DNA of 64,000 nucleotides, taken from the NCBI GenBank assembly GCA_963836445.1, contig CAWIJM010000031.1, positions 18,680 through 82,679 of the forward strand, read 5' to 3'. The DNA is from an uncultured Actinomycetes bacterium. GTDB taxonomy: Bacteria; Actinomycetota; Acidimicrobiia; IMCC26256; JACDBD01. The notes beneath the pieces were generated by a model. It worked only from the letters and a program-made list of their open reading frames with translations. It was not told the DNA's origin and did not search any database. Numbering within the stretch: position 1 is the first letter of the stretch; the number at the start of each line of letters is the position of its first letter. A program made the position numbers and the translations under genes. Below, one piece after another: positions 33,536 to 46,945 of this stretch.

Positions 33536-34423
33536 CTACTTGTCCGGGGGTTGGAGCTTCAGCGCTTCCTTCTCGAGCTCGTCGACGGTCCAGCGGTCGC
33601 CCTTGTCGATCTTCTCCGACAGCTTCCAGGGCTGGAACCGCTGCACGACGCCACCCTGCACGAGGAACGCCTCGCCCGAGAACGGGCAGTCCTCGGTGGC
33701 GAGATAGCCCACGAACGGGGACACGTTGGCCGGGTCCCACACGTCGAACTTGCTTTCGTCCTCGGGCGCCTTCACGGCGTCCTGCAGCCCGGGCGTCTGC
33801 TCGGTCAAACGGGTACGGGCGGCGGGCGCGATCGCGTTCGATCGGACGCCGTAGCGGCCGAGCTCGAGCGACGCGATGTACGAGAACGTCGCGATGCCCG
33901 ATTTGGCGGCGCCGTAGTTGGCCTGGCCGGGGTTGCCGAGCAGGCCGGACGTGGACGACGTGTGGACGATCGACGCCTTGACCTCCTTGCCCGCCTTGCT
34001 CTGCTCGCGCCAGTAGGCGGCGGCGTGGCGCGTCGGGCAGAAGTGACCCTTCAGGTGCACGTGGATGACCGAATCCCACTCCTCCTCGGTCATGTTCACG
34101 ATCACCCGGTCCCGCAGGATGCCCGCGTTGTTGACGAGGACGTGCAGGTCACCGAACGTGTCGATCGCCGTGCGGATCAGTCGCTGGGCGCCGTCCCAGT
34201 CGGCTGCGCTGTCGAGGTTGGCGACCGCCTCGCCGCCCATCTTCTCGATCTCGTCGACGACCTGCTGCGCCGGCGCCCGGTCGGCACCTTCGCCGTGCAT
34301 GTCGCCTCCCAGGTCGTTGACGACGACCTTCGCGCCCTGCTCGGCGAAGAGCAGAGCGTGCTCGCGGCCGAGGCCGCGACCCGCACCGGTGATGATGGCA
34401 ACCCGCCCGTCGAGCGCACCCAT
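33536..34423 (-). CDS. SDR family oxidoreductase
   Basis: TGAGRGLG, NNAGILRD, YGAAK. Confidence 0.92.
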   Translation of the reverse strand: MGALDGRVAIITGAGRGLGREHALLFAEQGAKVVVNDLGGDMHGEGADRAPAQQVVDEIEKMGGEAVANLDSAADWDGAQRLIRTAIDTFGDLHVLVNNAGILRDRVIVNMTEEEWDSVIHVHLKGHFCPTRHAAAYWREQSKAGKEVKASIVHTSSTSGLLGNPGQANYGAAKSGIATFSYIASLELGRYGVRSNAIAPAARTRLTEQTPGLQDAVKAPEDESKFDVWDPANVSPFVGYLATEDCPFSGEAFLVQGGVVQRFQPWKLSEKIDKGDRWTVDELEKEALKLQPPDK

Positions 34424-34501
34424 GGCGATCCCCCGTCGAAGACGACGCGGCATCGTATGCGCCGACTTGACCGAGCGGTCAAACGATCGCCGGCGCGCCC
34501 G

Positions 34502-36383
34502 TCAGAGAGCGAGGGTGACCTTGGCGCCCCGGTTCACCTGGGTGCCCGCGGGCGGGTTCTGGCTCTTGACCGTCCGGCCGGGTGCGAAGTTCTGCACGTC
34601 GGCCACGAGCCCACTCGCCTGCAACGCCTGGCTCGCCTGCTCGACGCTCATGCTGACGACGTTCGGGACGGCGACCGGCTGCGGGCCCTTGCTCACGTGC
34701 ACGGCGACCTGGGAGTCGCGCGGCGCGGTCTGGCCCGCGGGCGGGTCCGTCCCCACGACGCTGCCGGCCGGCACCGTCTCGCTGAAGTCGTCGACGCGCG
34801 TCGCGCTGAACCGCTTGGCCTGGAGGGCGGCGACGGCGGCGTCGTAGCTCTTCCCCGACGTGTCCGGCACCGCCACCGGGCGCGGGCCGTCGCTCACGAC
34901 CAGCGCGATCGTGGACTCGGGCGCGTGCTTCTCGTTGGCGGCCGGGTCGGTGCGGATCGCGATGCCGGCCAGGACGTTCTCGTCGTAGTCGTGCCGGGGA
35001 TCGACGGCGAATCCGGCGCCGGCGAGGGTGAGCGTGGCTTGTTCCTCCGGCTGCCCGGCGACGTCGGGGATCACGACCGGGGGCGGCCCGCGCGACACCA
35101 CGAGGCGGACCGAGCCGCCGTCGTCGAGGAAGGCGCCGGCCGACGGTGCCTGGCTGATCACCCGGCCGGCGGGGTCGTCGACATCGCGCTGCTCCACGTG
35201 GACCACGAGCCCGGCCTTGGCCGCTCGCGCCGCCGCTTCCTCCTGCGTGAGACCGACGAGCTGGGGGGCGGCGACGGTGCCGCCGGAGGCCGACCGTGCC
35301 AGCAGCAGACCGGCCGCGACCAGCACGGCGATGACGAGCACGGCGACGACCGCAGGCACGGCACGCGGCGCATACCGCCCGGGGCGCGGGGCGGGCGCGG
35401 TGTCCGCCCGTGCGGCCGTGTCCGTCCGCGCCCGTGCCGCCGCGACGGTGGCGTCGGCGTCCTGGTCGAAGACCGAGCTCGTGCTGCGCAGCTCGGTCGG
35501 GTGCGGGTCGACGTGCGCATCGAGGCCGACGAGTGTGAGCGGACCGGGTGGCGGCAGGTGACGCGAAGCGTCGGTGAGCGCGTCGGCCATCGTGATCGCG
35601 TCCGGGTACCGCTCCGACGGTTGCGTCCGTCCGGCGCGCTCCACGACGGGGGCGAGCGCGCCGAGCTCCTCGGGCGCGGCGATCGGGACGCGGGCGCGGA
35701 CCGCCAGCGTCCCGATGAGCGTGTCAGCCACCTCGGGGACCCGCCCCGTGACGGACTCGACGAGCACGACACCGAGTGCGTAGAGGTCGGCACGCGCGAT
35801 CGAGCGTCGCGCCGGTCGCCTGCTCCGGCGCGGCGTACCGCGCGGTGCCGACGAGCGCGCCGGTCGGCTCCGTCCAGCTCGCTTCGGCCAGCGCGCGCGC
35901 CAGGCCGAAGTCGGCGACGCGTACGGTGCCGTGCTCGTCGAACAGCAGGTTCGCCGGCTTGATGTCACGGTGGACCAACCCGCGGGAGTGCGCGTACGAC
36001 AGCGCGGTGGCGACGTACCGGCCGGTGTGCGCGGCCTGCGCCGGCGTCAACCGGATGCCCTCGTCGAGCATCCCCCGGAGACTGCCACCCGAGAGGAGCT
36101 CGAGAACCATGAACGGGACGGCGTCCTCGCCCCAGTCGAAGACTGTCACCACGTTCGGATGGTGCAGCGAGGCGGCGAGTTGGGCCTCGGCGCGGAAGCG
36201 GCGGAGGAACCCGGCGTCGTCGGCCAACGCCCCGTGCAGCACCTTCACCGCGACGCGACGGCGGAGGCGCACGTCGTCGGCGACGTACACGCGTCCACTA
36301 CCGCCCGAACCGATCGGGGCGAGCAGCCGGTACCGGTCGGCGAGCACGCGGCCGGCAAGGTCGGTCAGGCCGCTCAACGCCAT
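34502..36383 (-). CDS. Ser/Thr protein kinase with PASTA repeats (PknB/PknL-like; frameshifted)
   Basis: IGSGGSGRVY, VAVK, HRDIKPANLL, DFGLA, YAAPEQ; TM helix then PASTA repeats. Confidence 0.92.
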
Positions 36384-36472
36384 GAGCGTTCACGGTACTG
36401 AACGTGCGCGTCGATTCCGCGGCACACCCGACGGTTAGTCTCGGAGCTGGCGACGACGATAGGGAGGGATGC

Positions 36473-36949
36473 GTGTCCCTGGGTACTCCTTCGAGGTTCG
36501 CGGGAGGTGACGCGTCCCGTCGCCGACCGACTGGTGTGCACCCGTGGCGCGTCATCATCGTCGTGGGCGGCATCGCGCTCGTCGTGAGCCTGGCGCTCGT
36601 CCTGGGTTACAACTCCGACACGACGGATCAGGGTCGCCAGGAGGTCTCCGCCGACGTGCGGCAGGTCCGGCCCGCGCCGGGCAGCATCGCGACGCCGCAG
36701 ACGGACGTCGAGGTGCACCTCCGCTCGGGGCTGACGGGTGTGCTCGTGCTCAACGGCGTGCGCCTGCCCGAGGACCAGCTCGTGATCGACAACGCCACCG
36801 GCACGATCGCGTTCCGGCCCGCGCCCGGCAAGGAGGTGAGCCGGCTCCCCGCCGGCCGCAACGACCTCGCCGTCCTGTACTGGAGCCAGACCGAGCCGGA
36901 GCCGGCCAAACCGCAGAGCTACGGCTGGAGCTTCCAGGTCGGTGCCTGA
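36473..36949 (+). CDS. Hypothetical membrane-anchored protein with beta-rich extracellular domain
   Basis: SD GGAGGG; TM VIIVVGGIALVVSLALVLG; ends YGWSFQVGA. Confidence 0.65.
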   Translation: MSLGTPSRFAGGDASRRRPTGVHPWRVIIVVGGIALVVSLALVLGYNSDTTDQGRQEVSADVRQVRPAPGSIATPQTDVEVHLRSGLTGVLVLNGVRLPEDQLVIDNATGTIAFRPAPGKEVSRLPAGRNDLAVLYWSQTEPEPAKPQSYGWSFQVGA

Positions 36950-36951
36950 TT

Positions 36952-37009
36952 TGTCGCCGTCGCAAGCTCCGGCTCCTGCGGCGACGGTCGGCAAAGCCGC
37001 CATCGCCGC
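36952..37009 (-). repeat. Structured element copy 3 (between convergent stops; no -10 box or SD)
   Basis: GCGGCGATGG CGGC TTT GCCG A CCGTCGCCGC AGGA GCCG GAGCTTGCGA CGGC GACA; bracketed by direct repeat GCCTGATTTGTYGCCG (36944-36959, 37011-37026). Confidence 0.88.
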
Positions 37010-37034
37010 GGCCTGATTTGTTGCCGCGCGGAAT

Positions 37035-38034
37035 TCAGGCGATCTGGAGAATGGCGGTCCCCTGCACGGAGTCGCCGGCGATGGCGACCAGGGCGTCGTT
37101 GGCTGCGTCCAAGGGATACGTCTCGTACTCGGCCCGCACGTTCGCCTCGACCGCGAGCGCCACGAACTCCTCCGCGTCACGCCGGGTCACGTTGGCGACC
37201 GACCGCAACGACCGTTCACGCCAGAGCAACGCGTAATCCATGACCGGGAGCGGGCTCATGTGGATTCCGGCGAGCGACACCGTCCCACCCGGGCGTATCG
37301 CGCGCAGCGCGACGGGCACGAGCTCGCCTACCGGCGCGAACACCACGGCCCGGTCGCACGTCTCGGGCGGGAGCTCGTCGGCCGCACCGACCCAGTCCGC
37401 ACCGAGCTCGCGTGCGAGCGCGCGGTGGCCTTCGCCCCGCGTGAGCACGAAGACTTCGCAACCCCAGTAACGCAGCAGCTGCATGACCAGATGGGCGGAG
37501 GACCCGAACCCCATCAGCGCGACGCGCTCGCCGGGCTCGATCTCGGCGCGGCGGAGCGCGCGGTAGCCGACCGCACCCGCGCAGAGCAGCGGTGACGCCG
37601 CGAGGTCGTCGAGCTCCTCGGGGAGATGGATCGCGAAGTGCTCGGGCACGGTGATCGCCTCGGCGTAGCCGCCGTCCGCGGTCCAGCCGGTGAACGTGCC
37701 GTGCTCGCACAGGTTCTCCTGGCCGCGCCGGCAGTACTGGCAGGTCCCGTCGGCCCAGTGCAACCAGCACACGCCGACGCGCTCCCCGACCGCGCAGGCG
37801 CGTGCAGCCGTCCCCGAGCGCCTCGACCGTCCCGACGACCTGGTGTCCGGGCACGACGGGCAGCTTGGGAAGGTCGAGCTCACCGGTGACGACGTGCAGA
37901 TCGGTGCGACAACACGCGCACACGTGAACTCGGAGGCGCACCTCGCCGCCCGCCGGTTCCGGTGTGTCCCGCTCGAGGAGACGGAGCGGCGCGTCGCCGA
38001 CCGGCGCTGCCCGCTCCAGCACCTGCGCCCTCAT
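37035..38034 (-). CDS. Zinc-dependent alcohol dehydrogenase family (frameshifted)
   Basis: CCRTDLH, PGHQVVG, CQYCRRGQENLC, GFGSSAH. Confidence 0.9.
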
Positions 38035-38044
38035 GCGCGCGGCC

Positions 38045-38470
38045 TCACGGCGCGACGAACGTGGCCCAGCCCTTGATCGCGGTGCCGCCGGTCTGGCGCG
38101 TGCACACGAGCTCGAGGTCGACCAGGCGCTCCCCACCGTCCTCGTATTGCTTCGTGACGGTTCCTGAGCACGTGAGCGTGTCGCCGGGCCAGACCTGCTC
38201 GCGGAATTGGACGCCGAACCGGCGCACGTTGGCCGCGCCGAGCCAGTCGGTCACGTACGTGGCGAGGATCCCGGCTTGGAGCATGCCGACCGAGAAGACG
38301 GTCGGGAACCCGGCGCTCTTGGCGTACTCCTCGTCGTGGTGGATCGGGTTGAAGTCGCCCGACGCGCCCTGGTAGCGCACGAAGTCGGTCCGCGTGAGCG
38401 GTCCGAAGTCGCGCGGCTCGGCGGCGGTGCCTTCGCTGAGGTCGTCCCACGTCACGTCAGTCGTCACCAT
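38045..38470 (-). CDS. MaoC-family dehydratase
   Basis: YQGASGDFNPIHHD. Confidence 0.88.
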   Translation of the reverse strand: MVTTDVTWDDLSEGTAAEPRDFGPLTRTDFVRYQGASGDFNPIHHDEEYAKSAGFPTVFSVGMLQAGILATYVTDWLGAANVRRFGVQFREQVWPGDTLTCSGTVTKQYEDGGERLVDLELVCTRQTGGTAIKGWATFVAP

Positions 38471-38475
38471 CGTCG

Positions 38476-38921
38476 TCAGCCCTCCGTCGGCGGCTTGCCG
38501 GTCTCGATCGCGGTGGACCGCATCTCGGCGACGAGCTCGCCGGCCTCGTCGCGGAACTCCTGCACCGTGACCACGAACGTCATCGTCCCGCCCCGCTTGC
38601 CTTCCTTCTCGTAGATGTCCTCGACGCGGGTCTGCGCCGAGAGCTTCGTCCCAGCCGCCGGCGGCGGCCCGTGGAACACGAACTCGCGTCCGCCGTCGAG
38701 GACGCGCCGCATGTCGAGCTGGAGATCGCCCCACCTCGCGGCGCCCGGCGGCGCCCAGAACACCGACGACACGAGGAACGTCGGCGGCGACACGGGCGCC
38801 GGGTCGTCGAGGTACTCCGGGTTCTGCGACTTCGTCGCCCGGGCGAACTCGCGCACCTTGCCCCGTTCGACGACCAAGTCGTACGCCTCGCCGGTTTGAC
38901 CGATCGCTCCCTTGTTCACCA

Positions 38922-38922
<1 letters not shown>
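38476..38922 (-). CDS. MaoC dehydratase N-terminal (HadA-like) hot-dog protein
   Basis: VERGKVREFARAT, SPPTFL; adjacent to MaoC. Confidence 0.82.
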
Positions 38923-40941
<2,019 letters not shown>

Positions 40942-41007
40942 TTTCTCTCCTGTCGCACTCACAGGCTCGTGCTTTGCGACGACGGTCGGCAAAGCCGCCG
41001 CCGTCGC
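40942..41007 (-). repeat. Structured element copy 4 (leader of ligA)
   Basis: GCGACGGCGG CGGC TTT GCCG A CCGTCGTCGC AAA GCAC GAGCCTGTGA GTGC GACAGGAGAGAAA-TTG; TAGCAT at 41012-41017. Confidence 0.9.
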
Positions 41008-41043
41008 GTCGATGCTACCGACGCGCTGTGACGGCCATTTCGG

Positions 41044-41624
41044 TCAGGTCGAGCTGGTCGGCGGCGAGGTCGTCGGCGGCTCGTGGTGGGCGGCGGGCCG
41101 CTCGTCGGCGGCGGACGGCTCGACGTCGCAGGCGGGTTCGTGGGCGGGTTGGTCGGTGCCACCGTCGGCGAGGGCAGTGTGGCGGGAGTCGTGACGGCCG
41201 TGCTCGGAACCGACGTGGCCGGCGAGTTGCCGCCGCCGCCTCGCTGCGTGAACGCGAGCGCGATCAGCGCGACGATGGCGATGACGATCACGGCGACGAT
41301 CCCGGTGACGAGCAATCGCATCCGGCGCGCTTTCTCCTCGTCCTCGGGCGACGGGGAGGTGGCGCCGGCCGGCTCGCCGGCGTCGACCGGTGCGCCCGCG
41401 ACCGGGAGCCCGGTCGGCGCTCCCGCGGGCATCGCCTGCGTGGCTTCGTACGCGCCGGGGGCGGCGGTGGGGTCGTCGACGACGAAGCCGGTCACGGCCT
41501 CGTCGCCCTGGGCGCCGGCGTCTCGACGCGGGTGCCGCACCGGGGGCAGAACGTCGTGCCCGGGCGCGAGGGGCTCGTCGCAGACCCGGCAGCGACCGGG
41601 GCCGTTCGACACGTCAGGCGCCAA
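41044..41624 (-). CDS. Zinc-ribbon, TM, Pro/Thr-rich hypothetical protein (frameshifted)
   Basis: CRVC...FCPRCG, TM LLVTGIVAVIVIAIVALIAL, PT-rich tail. Confidence 0.65.
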
Positions 41625-42621
41625 GCGTCAACCGGGCCGCGATGGCCTGGTCGTGCACGCGGTCGGCGAGCTCTCGCGCGAGGCGCAGCGCGCGCTCCGC
41701 CTGGCTCGGCCCGTGGCCGGCGAGCCCGCACGCGGGCGTGACGATGCTCTGGGTGCGGAGCAGGACGGGGTCGCAACCCCGGCGGGTCAGCTCGCACCAC
41801 ACGGCGACGAGCGCCCGCCACAGGGGATCCACGGACTCGCCCAGCGGCCGGTCGGTCGGGACGGCGCCCCACGCGAGCCAACCGTCGGCGTCGAGATGAC
41901 GGGCGAGGACGTCGGCATCGTCCACGAGGTCGCCGCTGACCTCGACGCCCAGCACCTGCGGGCCGGCTTCGAGCGCGAGACGCCGGTTGCCGGCGCCGCA
42001 GACGTGCACACCGGTCGGGCACACCGGTGCGGCGAGCGCGCCCGACAGCACGTCGATGGCGGCTTCGTGGTCGAGCGGCGGGTCAGCGCGCTGCCAGGCG
42101 ACGAGCGCGGGCTCGTCGAAGAACAGCACGAGCGCCGAGCCGGGAAGGCGCTCCTCGACGAGCTCTTCGGTAGCGATCGCCCACGCCCGCGCGGCCTCAC
42201 CACCGCGCCGGAAGGCCTGCTCTACGGGCAGCCCGCTGCGGGCCAGCGCGACGCCCAACGTCAACGGTCCCGCGATCTGCACCTTGACGCGCGGCGGCCG
42301 TCGATCGCCCGCCGCGGCGTCGAGAAACGCGAGCAGACCGCCGTGTGCGTCGGGGTCGAAGGCCGCGACCGCGGGCTCGTTCGTGACGCCGCCGACGGCG
42401 ATCGAGCCGTCGCGCTCGATCGTCACCTCTGGGAGCGCGCGTGCCCACTGCGCGACGATGCCCTCGAGCGGGGTGCGCATCGGCAGCTGCGGCGCGGCGG
42501 GGAACCTCGGGTGTGCCTCGAGCACGAGCTCGGCTGCAGCCCGCGGATCGGCGTGCGGAAGGCTTCCGATCGCAGTGGCGACCGCCGGAACGAGCGGCGG
42601 TGCTTCGAGGGCGGCGGCCAT
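41614..42621 (-). CDS. Single-domain cobalamin-independent methionine synthase-like protein
   Basis: TAIGSLPH, KVQIAGPLTL, FDEPAL, GVHVC, TPACGLAG; ligA-adjacent as in other actinobacteria. Confidence 0.75.
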   Translation of the reverse strand: MAAALEAPPLVPAVATAIGSLPHADPRAAAELVLEAHPRFPAAPQLPMRTPLEGIVAQWARALPEVTIERDGSIAVGGVTNEPAVAAFDPDAHGGLLAFLDAAAGDRRPPRVKVQIAGPLTLGVALARSGLPVEQAFRRGGEAARAWAIATEELVEERLPGSALVLFFDEPALVAWQRADPPLDHEAAIDVLSGALAAPVCPTGVHVCGAGNRRLALEAGPQVLGVEVSGDLVDDADVLARHLDADGWLAWGAVPTDRPLGESVDPLWRALVAVWCELTRRGCDPVLLRTQSIVTPACGLAGHGPSQAERALRLARELADRVHDQAIAARLTLGA

Positions 42622-42675
42622 GAGGCCCGTAGTATATGGATCGTTCCCGAAGCCTCCGGAGGCCCGATCGCGCCG

Positions 42676-43557
42676 ATGACGCTGTGGTTGGTGCGGTCGG
42701 CGTGGATTTCACTCCCGCTCACTGCGGGTCCCGCCGCGGGTGACGCGCTCGCCGGTTGGTCGACACCGCCGCGCACTCTTGCCGAGGTGCTCTTGTGGAC
42801 GGCGTGGGCGGCCGCGTTGGTCGCGTTGCTCGCGCCTCATCCGATCGGGCTCACGGCGCTGCGCGTCGTGGCGCCGACGTTCGCCGTGCTGGCGGCGGTC
42901 GTGGTCGCCACCGGGAGCGCGGACGCGGCACGGGCCGCGGTCGCGCTGGTCGCGGCCGTCGTCGCCGCGGTGCTGGTGATCGGGCTGCCCGCGGTCTCGT
43001 TCGCCTGCGCCAACTCGATCGCGTACGGCGACGAACGCCGGCATCCCTTGCGCACGCCCCCCGTCTTGTGGCTGGGACCGCTGCCGGTGGCGCCCCTGCT
43101 CGTCGCGGGCGGCATCGCCGGCGGGCCGCTCCTCCTCGCCGACGGACGCATCGGCGCGGGCATCGTCGCGCTGGTCGTCGGACTGGCTCTCGCCGCCCTC
43201 GCCGCGCGGTCGCTCCACAGCTTGTCGCGCCGATGGGCCGTGCTCGTGCCGGCCGGCCTCGTCATCGTCGACCCGATGACGCTGCCCGACCCGGTGCTGT
43301 TCGTGCGCGAACGGATCGAATCGTTGCGGGCGCTGCAAAGGCGTGAGCCGGTTCCGGCGTCGGCGCTCGACCTTCGCCTCGGGGCGCGTGGCGGGTCGGC
43401 GACGATGACGCTCGATCGACCCACCGAGCTGCTCCAGACGCGTCGTGGTCTGCGCGCCGCCGCCGCCGCGCATCCCACGGTGCTCTGCTTCGCGACCGTC
43501 TACAGGTCCGAGCTGCTCGCGACGGCGGCCGCGCGGCGTATCCGCGTGAACGTGTGA
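42676..43557 (+). CDS. Hypothetical membrane protein
   Basis: Several TM helices; AYGDERR and HSLSRRWAVLVPAGLVIVDP. Confidence 0.7.
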   Translation: MTLWLVRSAWISLPLTAGPAAGDALAGWSTPPRTLAEVLLWTAWAAALVALLAPHPIGLTALRVVAPTFAVLAAVVVATGSADAARAAVALVAAVVAAVLVIGLPAVSFACANSIAYGDERRHPLRTPPVLWLGPLPVAPLLVAGGIAGGPLLLADGRIGAGIVALVVGLALAALAARSLHSLSRRWAVLVPAGLVIVDPMTLPDPVLFVRERIESLRALQRREPVPASALDLRLGARGGSATMTLDRPTELLQTRRGLRAAAAAHPTVLCFATVYRSELLATAAARRIRVNV

Positions 43558-43591
43558 CAACCTTGGGAGCGAGCGCAAGGGAGGGGTGCTG

Positions 43592-44580
43592 ATGCGCATC
43601 GAGTCGTCGGTCACGTCGATCTCGTGGATCCCGTCGGAGGCGGTGACGGGCATGACCAAGCTGCCGTTCGAGGTCGGAGTCACGCATTACGACAACCCGC
43701 CCCCCGACGTGATCGTCGACCTCGAGGGCCTGGGCGCCGCCGACGGCTTCCGCTTCGCGAACCGGCTCCCGCGTGGGTAGAAGTCGAGAACGGGAAGATC
43801 GTCGACCACGGCTACGCCGGCGGCGCGGTGATGGGCTCCACCACCGTGCGGCTCGGCAAGCAGGCGACGTTCCAGGCGATCGGCTTTCCCGAGCTCCAAC
43901 GCGACCCCGAGGTCACGCCGACGTCGGTGCGGTTCGTGCAGACGGCGGGAGGCCGCCCGGCGATCCCCGCCCCGCGGCGCGTGCGCCATCCCCCTTTCGT
44001 GCAGCTCAAGGGCCCGACGGTGTGGACGACGCTGGGTCTTACGATCGGGGTCGACGGTACGGCGCGCTTCGACTTGGCCGGCGCGAGCCCGTTCCCCCGG
44101 CACTGGGTGTACGACGCCGCCGGCAAGCTCGCCCAGAAGGCCGGGCTCACCGACTTCAAGGAGTGGTACCGGCACACGTTCGGGAAGCACACGCCGTGGG
44201 GCGACGAAGACTCCAAGGTCCTCGTCACCGCGGTCGAGACCGCGCTCGAGCGCGAGCTGTCGCATGCCGTGATGCGCGGCGGCGGTGAGCCGAAGATCAA
44301 GAAGCTGCGTAAGGGCAAGGCCCTGACCAAGCAGGGGGAGCCGGGCAACGAGGTGTTCCTGCTGCTCGACGGCGTGCTGTCGGTGAACGTCGACAACGAG
44401 CCGCTGGCCGAGCTCGGGCCGGGTGCGATCCTCGGCGAGCGCGCCGTGCTCGAGGGCGGAGTACGCACGTCAACGCTCCGCGCCGTGACGAAGTGCAAGG
44501 TTGCCGCAGTACCGGCCGACCACCTCGATCCCGATGCCCTCACCGAGATCAGCAAGACGCACCGGCGCGAAGAGACTTAG
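43592..44580 (+). CDS. Cyclic-nucleotide-binding domain protein (frameshifted)
   Basis: C-terminal [14 protein letters not shown]...[17 protein letters not shown] cNMP motif. Confidence 0.8.
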
Positions 44581-45617
44581 GTCGCGATCCCGCCGCCGAG
44601 GAGCGTGTCGCCGGTATAGAACGCGACCACCTGGCCGGGCGCGACGCGGGGCTGGGGGCGCTCGAACCGCACGCACGTCCCGTCCAGCCGGCCCGTCACG
44701 GGCGCGCCGTGCGCGCGCACCTGCACGTCGAGCAGATCGGAGGGCCCGGGCGCACCGTCCACGAAGCGGAGATCCCGAAGCTCGGCCGCGTCGCGCAACA
44801 AGTCGTCACGAGGGCCGAGCGTGACGGTGGCGGTGGCGGCATCGAGGTCGACCACATACCGGCGCTCACCGGTCGCCAGGCCGACGCCGCGGCGCTGCCC
44901 GATCGTGAACCGCGTGACGCCGTCGTGCCGGCCGATGACGGCGCCATCGCCGTCGACCACCTGGCCGGGGCTCGCCCCAGCCCGCGCGGTCACGAACTCC
45001 TCGCGACCACCGCGGGTGATGAAGCAGACGTCCATGCTCTCGGCCTTGGCCGCCGTGCGCAGCCCGAGGCTCGAGGCGTGCTCGCGCACGTGCGCCTTCG
45101 TGAGCTCGCCGACGGGGAGCAGCGTGCGCCCGAGCTCCGGCTGGCCGAGCATGTAGAGCACGTACGACTGGTCCTTGGCGAGATCGGACCCGCGGAGCAG
45201 CTTCCACCGGCCGCCGGTATCGCGACGGACACGTGCGTGATGGCCGGTGGCGACGGCGTCGAATCCGAGCGCGTCGGCGCGCTCGAGCAGGCGGCCGAAC
45301 TTGATCGAACGGTTGCACTCCACGCACGGGTTGGGGGTACGGCCGTCGGCATAGGCGTCCACGTACGGCCCCACGACGCGGGAATCGAACTCGTCGGCGA
45401 AGTTGAACACGTAGTGCGGGATGTCGAGCTGTGCGGCGACGCGGCGGGCGTCCTCGACGTCGGCGGCGCTGCAACATCCGGAGTCGGACTCGCCGCCCCA
45501 CAGCTTCAGCGTCACGCCCGTCACGTCGTGCCCGGCATCTCGCAGGAGCGCAGCGGCGACCGAGGAGTCGACGCCGCCGCTCATCGCGACGAGCACCCGG
45601 GTCGGGCTTGCCGTCAT
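44577..45617 (-). CDS. mnmA: tRNA 2-thiouridine(34) synthase
   Basis: [44 protein letters not shown]. Confidence 0.96.
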   Translation of the reverse strand: MTASPTRVLVAMSGGVDSSVAAALLRDAGHDVTGVTLKLWGGESDSGCCSAADVEDARRVAAQLDIPHYVFNFADEFDSRVVGPYVDAYADGRTPNPCVECNRSIKFGRLLERADALGFDAVATGHHARVRRDTGGRWKLLRGSDLAKDQSYVLYMLGQPELGRTLLPVGELTKAHVREHASSLGLRTAAKAESMDVCFITRGGREEFVTARAGASPGQVVDGDGAVIGRHDGVTRFTIGQRRGVGLATGERRYVVDLDAATATVTLGPRDDLLRDAAELRDLRFVDGAPGPSDLLDVQVRAHGAPVTGRLDGTCVRFERPQPRVAPGQVVAFYTGDTLLGGGIAT

Positions 45618-46779
45618 CGTGACGCGCCGACCGCCGGCCGCAGCTGCTCGACGGCCCGCGGGATGAGCTCGAGCGCGGTGTCGACGTCGTCGGCGGTCGA
45701 CGCGTAGCCCAGGCTCAGCCGGATCGACGCCAGCGCGGCGTCGCGGGGAACGCCCATGGCCTCCAGCACGTGCGAGGGCTCGGTCGCGCCCGACGTGCAC
45801 GAGGATCCCGCCGCCGCGGACAGGCCCTCGCGGTCCAGCGCCACGAGAAGTGTCTCTGCCTCTGACGCCGGGGAACCCGACGTGGCAGTTGCCGGCGACC
45901 TTGCGCTCCGGGTCACCGTTCACGAACGCGCCGGGCACGCGCTCGGTGAGACCACGGGCGAGCCGGTCGCGCAGCGGCCGGATCCGCGCGACCTCCTCGG
46001 CCCGGCGAAGCCCCGTCACGCGCAGCGCCTCGGCCATGCCGACCGCGCCGGCCACGTCGGCTGTCCCGGAGCGCAGGCCCCACTCCTGGCCGCCCCCCTC
46101 GATCAACGGCTCGATCGGCACATTGCCGCGGCGCACCAGCGCGCCCACACCCTTCGGCCCGCCGAACTTGTGGGCGGACACCGAGACGAGGTCGGCGACT
46201 GCGGCCGCGTCGGCGACGTCGAGCCACGGGACCGCCTGCACTGCGTCCGTGTGCAGCACGGCGTGCGGTGCGCGGTCACGCACGATGCGCGCGACATCGG
46301 CGAGGGGCTGAATCGTCCCGACCTCGTTGTTGACGAGCATCACCGAGACGACGACCGTTCGCTCGTCGAGGGCGGCGTCCAGTGCGTCGAGGTCGACGAT
46401 CCCGGCGCCGTCGACGGGCACGCGGGTCACCCGGAAGCCGCCTCGCGCCAGCCGGCGCGCACGGCGCCAGGACACCCTTGTGCTCGAAGGCGGTGGTCAC
46501 CACGCCGTCGCCGCGGCCGGCATCGTGGGCGGCGCGGGCGGCGCCCTTCACGGCGAGATTGTCGGCTTCGGTCCCGCCGCCGGTGAGAACGATCTCGGAC
46601 GGCTCGGCGCCGAGCGCGACCGCGATCTGCTCGCGCGCCTCCTCGAGCGCCGTCTTGGCGGCCCGGGCGGCGGCGTGCGCGCCCGACGCGTTCCCGAATA
46701 TCTCGGACTGGTACGGCCGCATGGCGGCCGCAGCCTCCGGATACATCGGCGTCGTCGCCGCGTAGTCGAGGTAAACCAC
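45614..46779 (-). CDS. iscS: Cysteine desulfurase (frameshifted)
   Basis: [40 protein letters not shown]; TACACT -10 box 6 nt before GTG. Confidence 0.92.
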
Positions 46780-46805
46780 GCCTCGAGTGTATGCAGCGGG
46801 TCTGC

Positions 46806-46891
46806 GCCTGAATTCGGCGGGAACTCAGGCTTTGAAGCCGTCGTTCTCGGCAGCAAGAAGTCCGCAGAGCGACAGTTTCGCTGCCGAGAAC
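46806..46891. repeat. Two REP-like inverted repeats
   Basis: GCCTGA-ATTC...GAAC-TCAGGC (46806-46830) and GTTCTCGGCAGC...GCTGCCGAGAAC (46843-46891). Confidence 0.6.
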
Positions 46892-46945
46892 ATCACAAGC
46901 TCCGGCTGCGGAATAACTGTCATACCCGGAAGCGATACTGCAGAC

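Noticed and set aside
41044-41220. Low-complexity GGC/GTC-rich runs here and at 63080-63180
   Set aside because: They encode ordinary Pro/Thr-rich linkers rather than a DNA-level repeat
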